64,000 nt of DNA from contig CAJXRZ010000027.1 in NCBI GenBank assembly GCA_913060515.1, positions 6,049-70,048 of the forward strand, written 5' to 3'. The translations under genes and the position numbers were made by a program. Source of the DNA: an uncultured Pseudomonadota bacterium (GTDB lineage Bacteria; Myxococcota_A; UBA796; CAJQPC01). The notes under the pieces were generated by a model. That model was not told where the DNA came from. It did no database searches and saw only the letters and a list, made by a program, of their open reading frames with translations. This document shows positions 62,596 to 64,000 of this stretch, in pieces; the first letter of the stretch is position 1; the number at the start of each line of letters is the position of its first letter.

Positions 62596-63339
62596 TCATA
62601 GCCGGCAGAAGCCCTGCTCGCTCCACGCCTCCTCCAACACCAGGTGCAGCAGAGCGAAGTACGTAATGACCCGCTCGTCCAAACCGGGGGAGAGCGCGGC
62701 GGCGCCGTTCCATGACCAGGAGCCCACCAGACCGCTGCCGAAGGGCTTGACGCCTTCCAGGGCCAAGTCCTCCTCGCCCGCCATCAGAGCCGCCACGCCC
62801 ATGCGTGTGGCATCGTCCTTTCTCTCCAGCGAGAGCTCCAAGGTCCGGTAGACCTCGTTGATCGGGGCCTTCAGGGACCAGTCTTGCTCTTCCAGCTCTT
62901 GGACCTTGCCGGGATTGATGACCCGACGCCTCTGACCGGAGGCATCCTCGGTCACGAGCAGTGCCAGCCCCCAATAGCGAGGCTTCTTGCCGGCATCCCC
63001 GCAGATGTAGTCCCGAAGCTCCTCGGGCTCAGAGGGGCTGGAGAACCAAGCCTCGATGCGCTTTCCGTGCATGTCCTCTAAGCCGCGGGTCTTCTTGAGC
63101 GCGGCGACCACCTGCGCCTCGTCCAGCCCCCAAGAGACGTAGTCCTGCTCACGGTTGGCCGAGCGGGTCTGGTAGGTGTCCATCAAGGGGTCGGTGTTGG
63201 TCGAGAGCAGGACCTCGGCCTCTTCCTTCTGGGCGTCCATGTGCCGGAAGTAGTTCTCCTCTTCCTGCTGCAAGAGGTAGCCGTTGAGGCCCAGCAGCCC
63301 GAGGGAGAATCCAGCGACGGCCCAGAGACGATTTCGCAT
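62596..63339 (-). CDS. hypothetical protein with N-terminal membrane anchor
   Basis: 247-aa ORF in operon orientation with GAGG upstream. Confidence 0.65.
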   Translation of the reverse strand: MRNRLWAVAGFSLGLLGLNGYLLQQEEENYFRHMDAQKEEAEVLLSTNTDPLMDTYQTRSANREQDYVSWGLDEAQVVAALKKTRGLEDMHGKRIEAWFSSPSEPEELRDYICGDAGKKPRYWGLALLVTEDASGQRRRVINPGKVQELEEQDWSLKAPINEVYRTLELSLERKDDATRMGVAALMAGEEDLALEGVKPFGSGLVGSWSWNGAAALSPGLDERVITYFALLHLVLEEAWSEQGFCRL

Positions 63340-63347
63340 TTAGGACC

Positions 63348-64000
63348 TCACCAGCTCATCACCTTCTCACGGGTTGGGACATCGAACTTGCGGCAGTAGC
63401 CGTCCTTAGAGGTGAACTCCCGCCAATCGGCGAAGACAGGGTCCTCCGGGTAGTTCGTCGTGTAGTAACAGACGGCCAAGAAGTGGATGGCGAGCACACG
63501 GTAGGCGTAGTGCTGCGTGTGGCGGTGAAGCACGGCGCCGCAGCTGTCGGGGTTGCGAAAGTCCGTGTCGTTGCACTGGATCTGCTCCCCGATGAAGGCC
63601 GGGTCGCGGTCCTGACCGGTCTTGGCCAGCCAGCGCTCGTAGGCGGGCCGCAGGTTTCGTGGCTTTCGGTTGCCGTCGATCTTCTCGTTGTCCCAGCCCG
63701 CGTTGTGCGAGGAGATGGCGATCTGCACAGCGGAGCCGCTCTCCCGAGCCATGGGCGCGCCCCAGGCCTCGGAGAGGAGCTGGATGGCCCCATGGGTGGA
63801 CTTGGTCAGGTCCTCACGCTCATCCACTTTGCAGGAGGTCACAAGACAGCAGTTCCGGTCCGGCTTGCCTTGGCCGCCGATGCCGCAGTTGGGGTCGTTG
63901 CGGTCGATGTAGCGGGCCGAGCGAAGGATGCCCTTGGGGGGCACGATGGCGGTGGGCTGCCAGGGCTGGGCGCTGCCGCGCAAGGTGCAGGACTGGATGC
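63348..64000 (-). CDS. lytic transglycosylase (SLT)-like protein, C-terminal part (partial)
   Basis: DEREDLTKST...AISSHNAG...HTQHYAYRVLA resembles the SLT DxRxD..ST / YNAG / ETxxYV motifs; frame open to the window edge. Confidence 0.6.
   Translation of the reverse strand, partial: IQSCTLRGSAQPWQPTAIVPPKGILRSARYIDRNDPNCGIGGQGKPDRNCCLVTSCKVDEREDLTKSTHGAIQLLSEAWGAPMARESGSAVQIAISSHNAGWDNEKIDGNRKPRNLRPAYERWLAKTGQDRDPAFIGEQIQCNDTDFRNPDSCGAVLHRHTQHYAYRVLAIHFLAVCYYTTNYPEDPVFADWREFTSKDGYCRKFDVPTREKVMSW

Overview
High-GC, gene-dense bacterial chromosome segment. Several features point to Myxococcota: a MYXO-CTERM-like tail, a TonB_C-fused receptor, Cys/Asp repeats, DTG linkers, Hanks kinases and a FAAL/type III PKS cluster. 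About 57 CDS are called, with partial genes at both ends. I found no tRNA, rRNA, CRISPR array, transposase or integrase. Recognisable housekeeping genes: ppa, mlaE/mlaF, glpD, the methylmalonyl-CoA mutase pair plus a detached meaB, and rlpA. Most notable observations: (1) two Cys/Asp-repeat lipoproteins share a head-domain framework with very divergent Ser/Tyr-rich segments, and the second is bracketed by an internally deleted copy of the glpD 3' end, suggesting cassette-like allele stacking; (2) recurrent ultra-short (8-12 aa), uncharged lipoprotein-like N-termini; (3) three apparent pseudo-enzymes: a dead PP2C-cNMP coupled to an intact paralog, a membrane pseudokinase, and a cytochrome c/PHM-like protein lacking copper ligands; (4) a BlaI + BlaR1(M56)-lytic transglycosylase fusion with a double operator; (5) a type III PKS/ICMT/ACP/FAAL/flavin oxidoreductase cluster facing a divergent desaturase. 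All product calls come from motif recognition by eye, and no database search was run.
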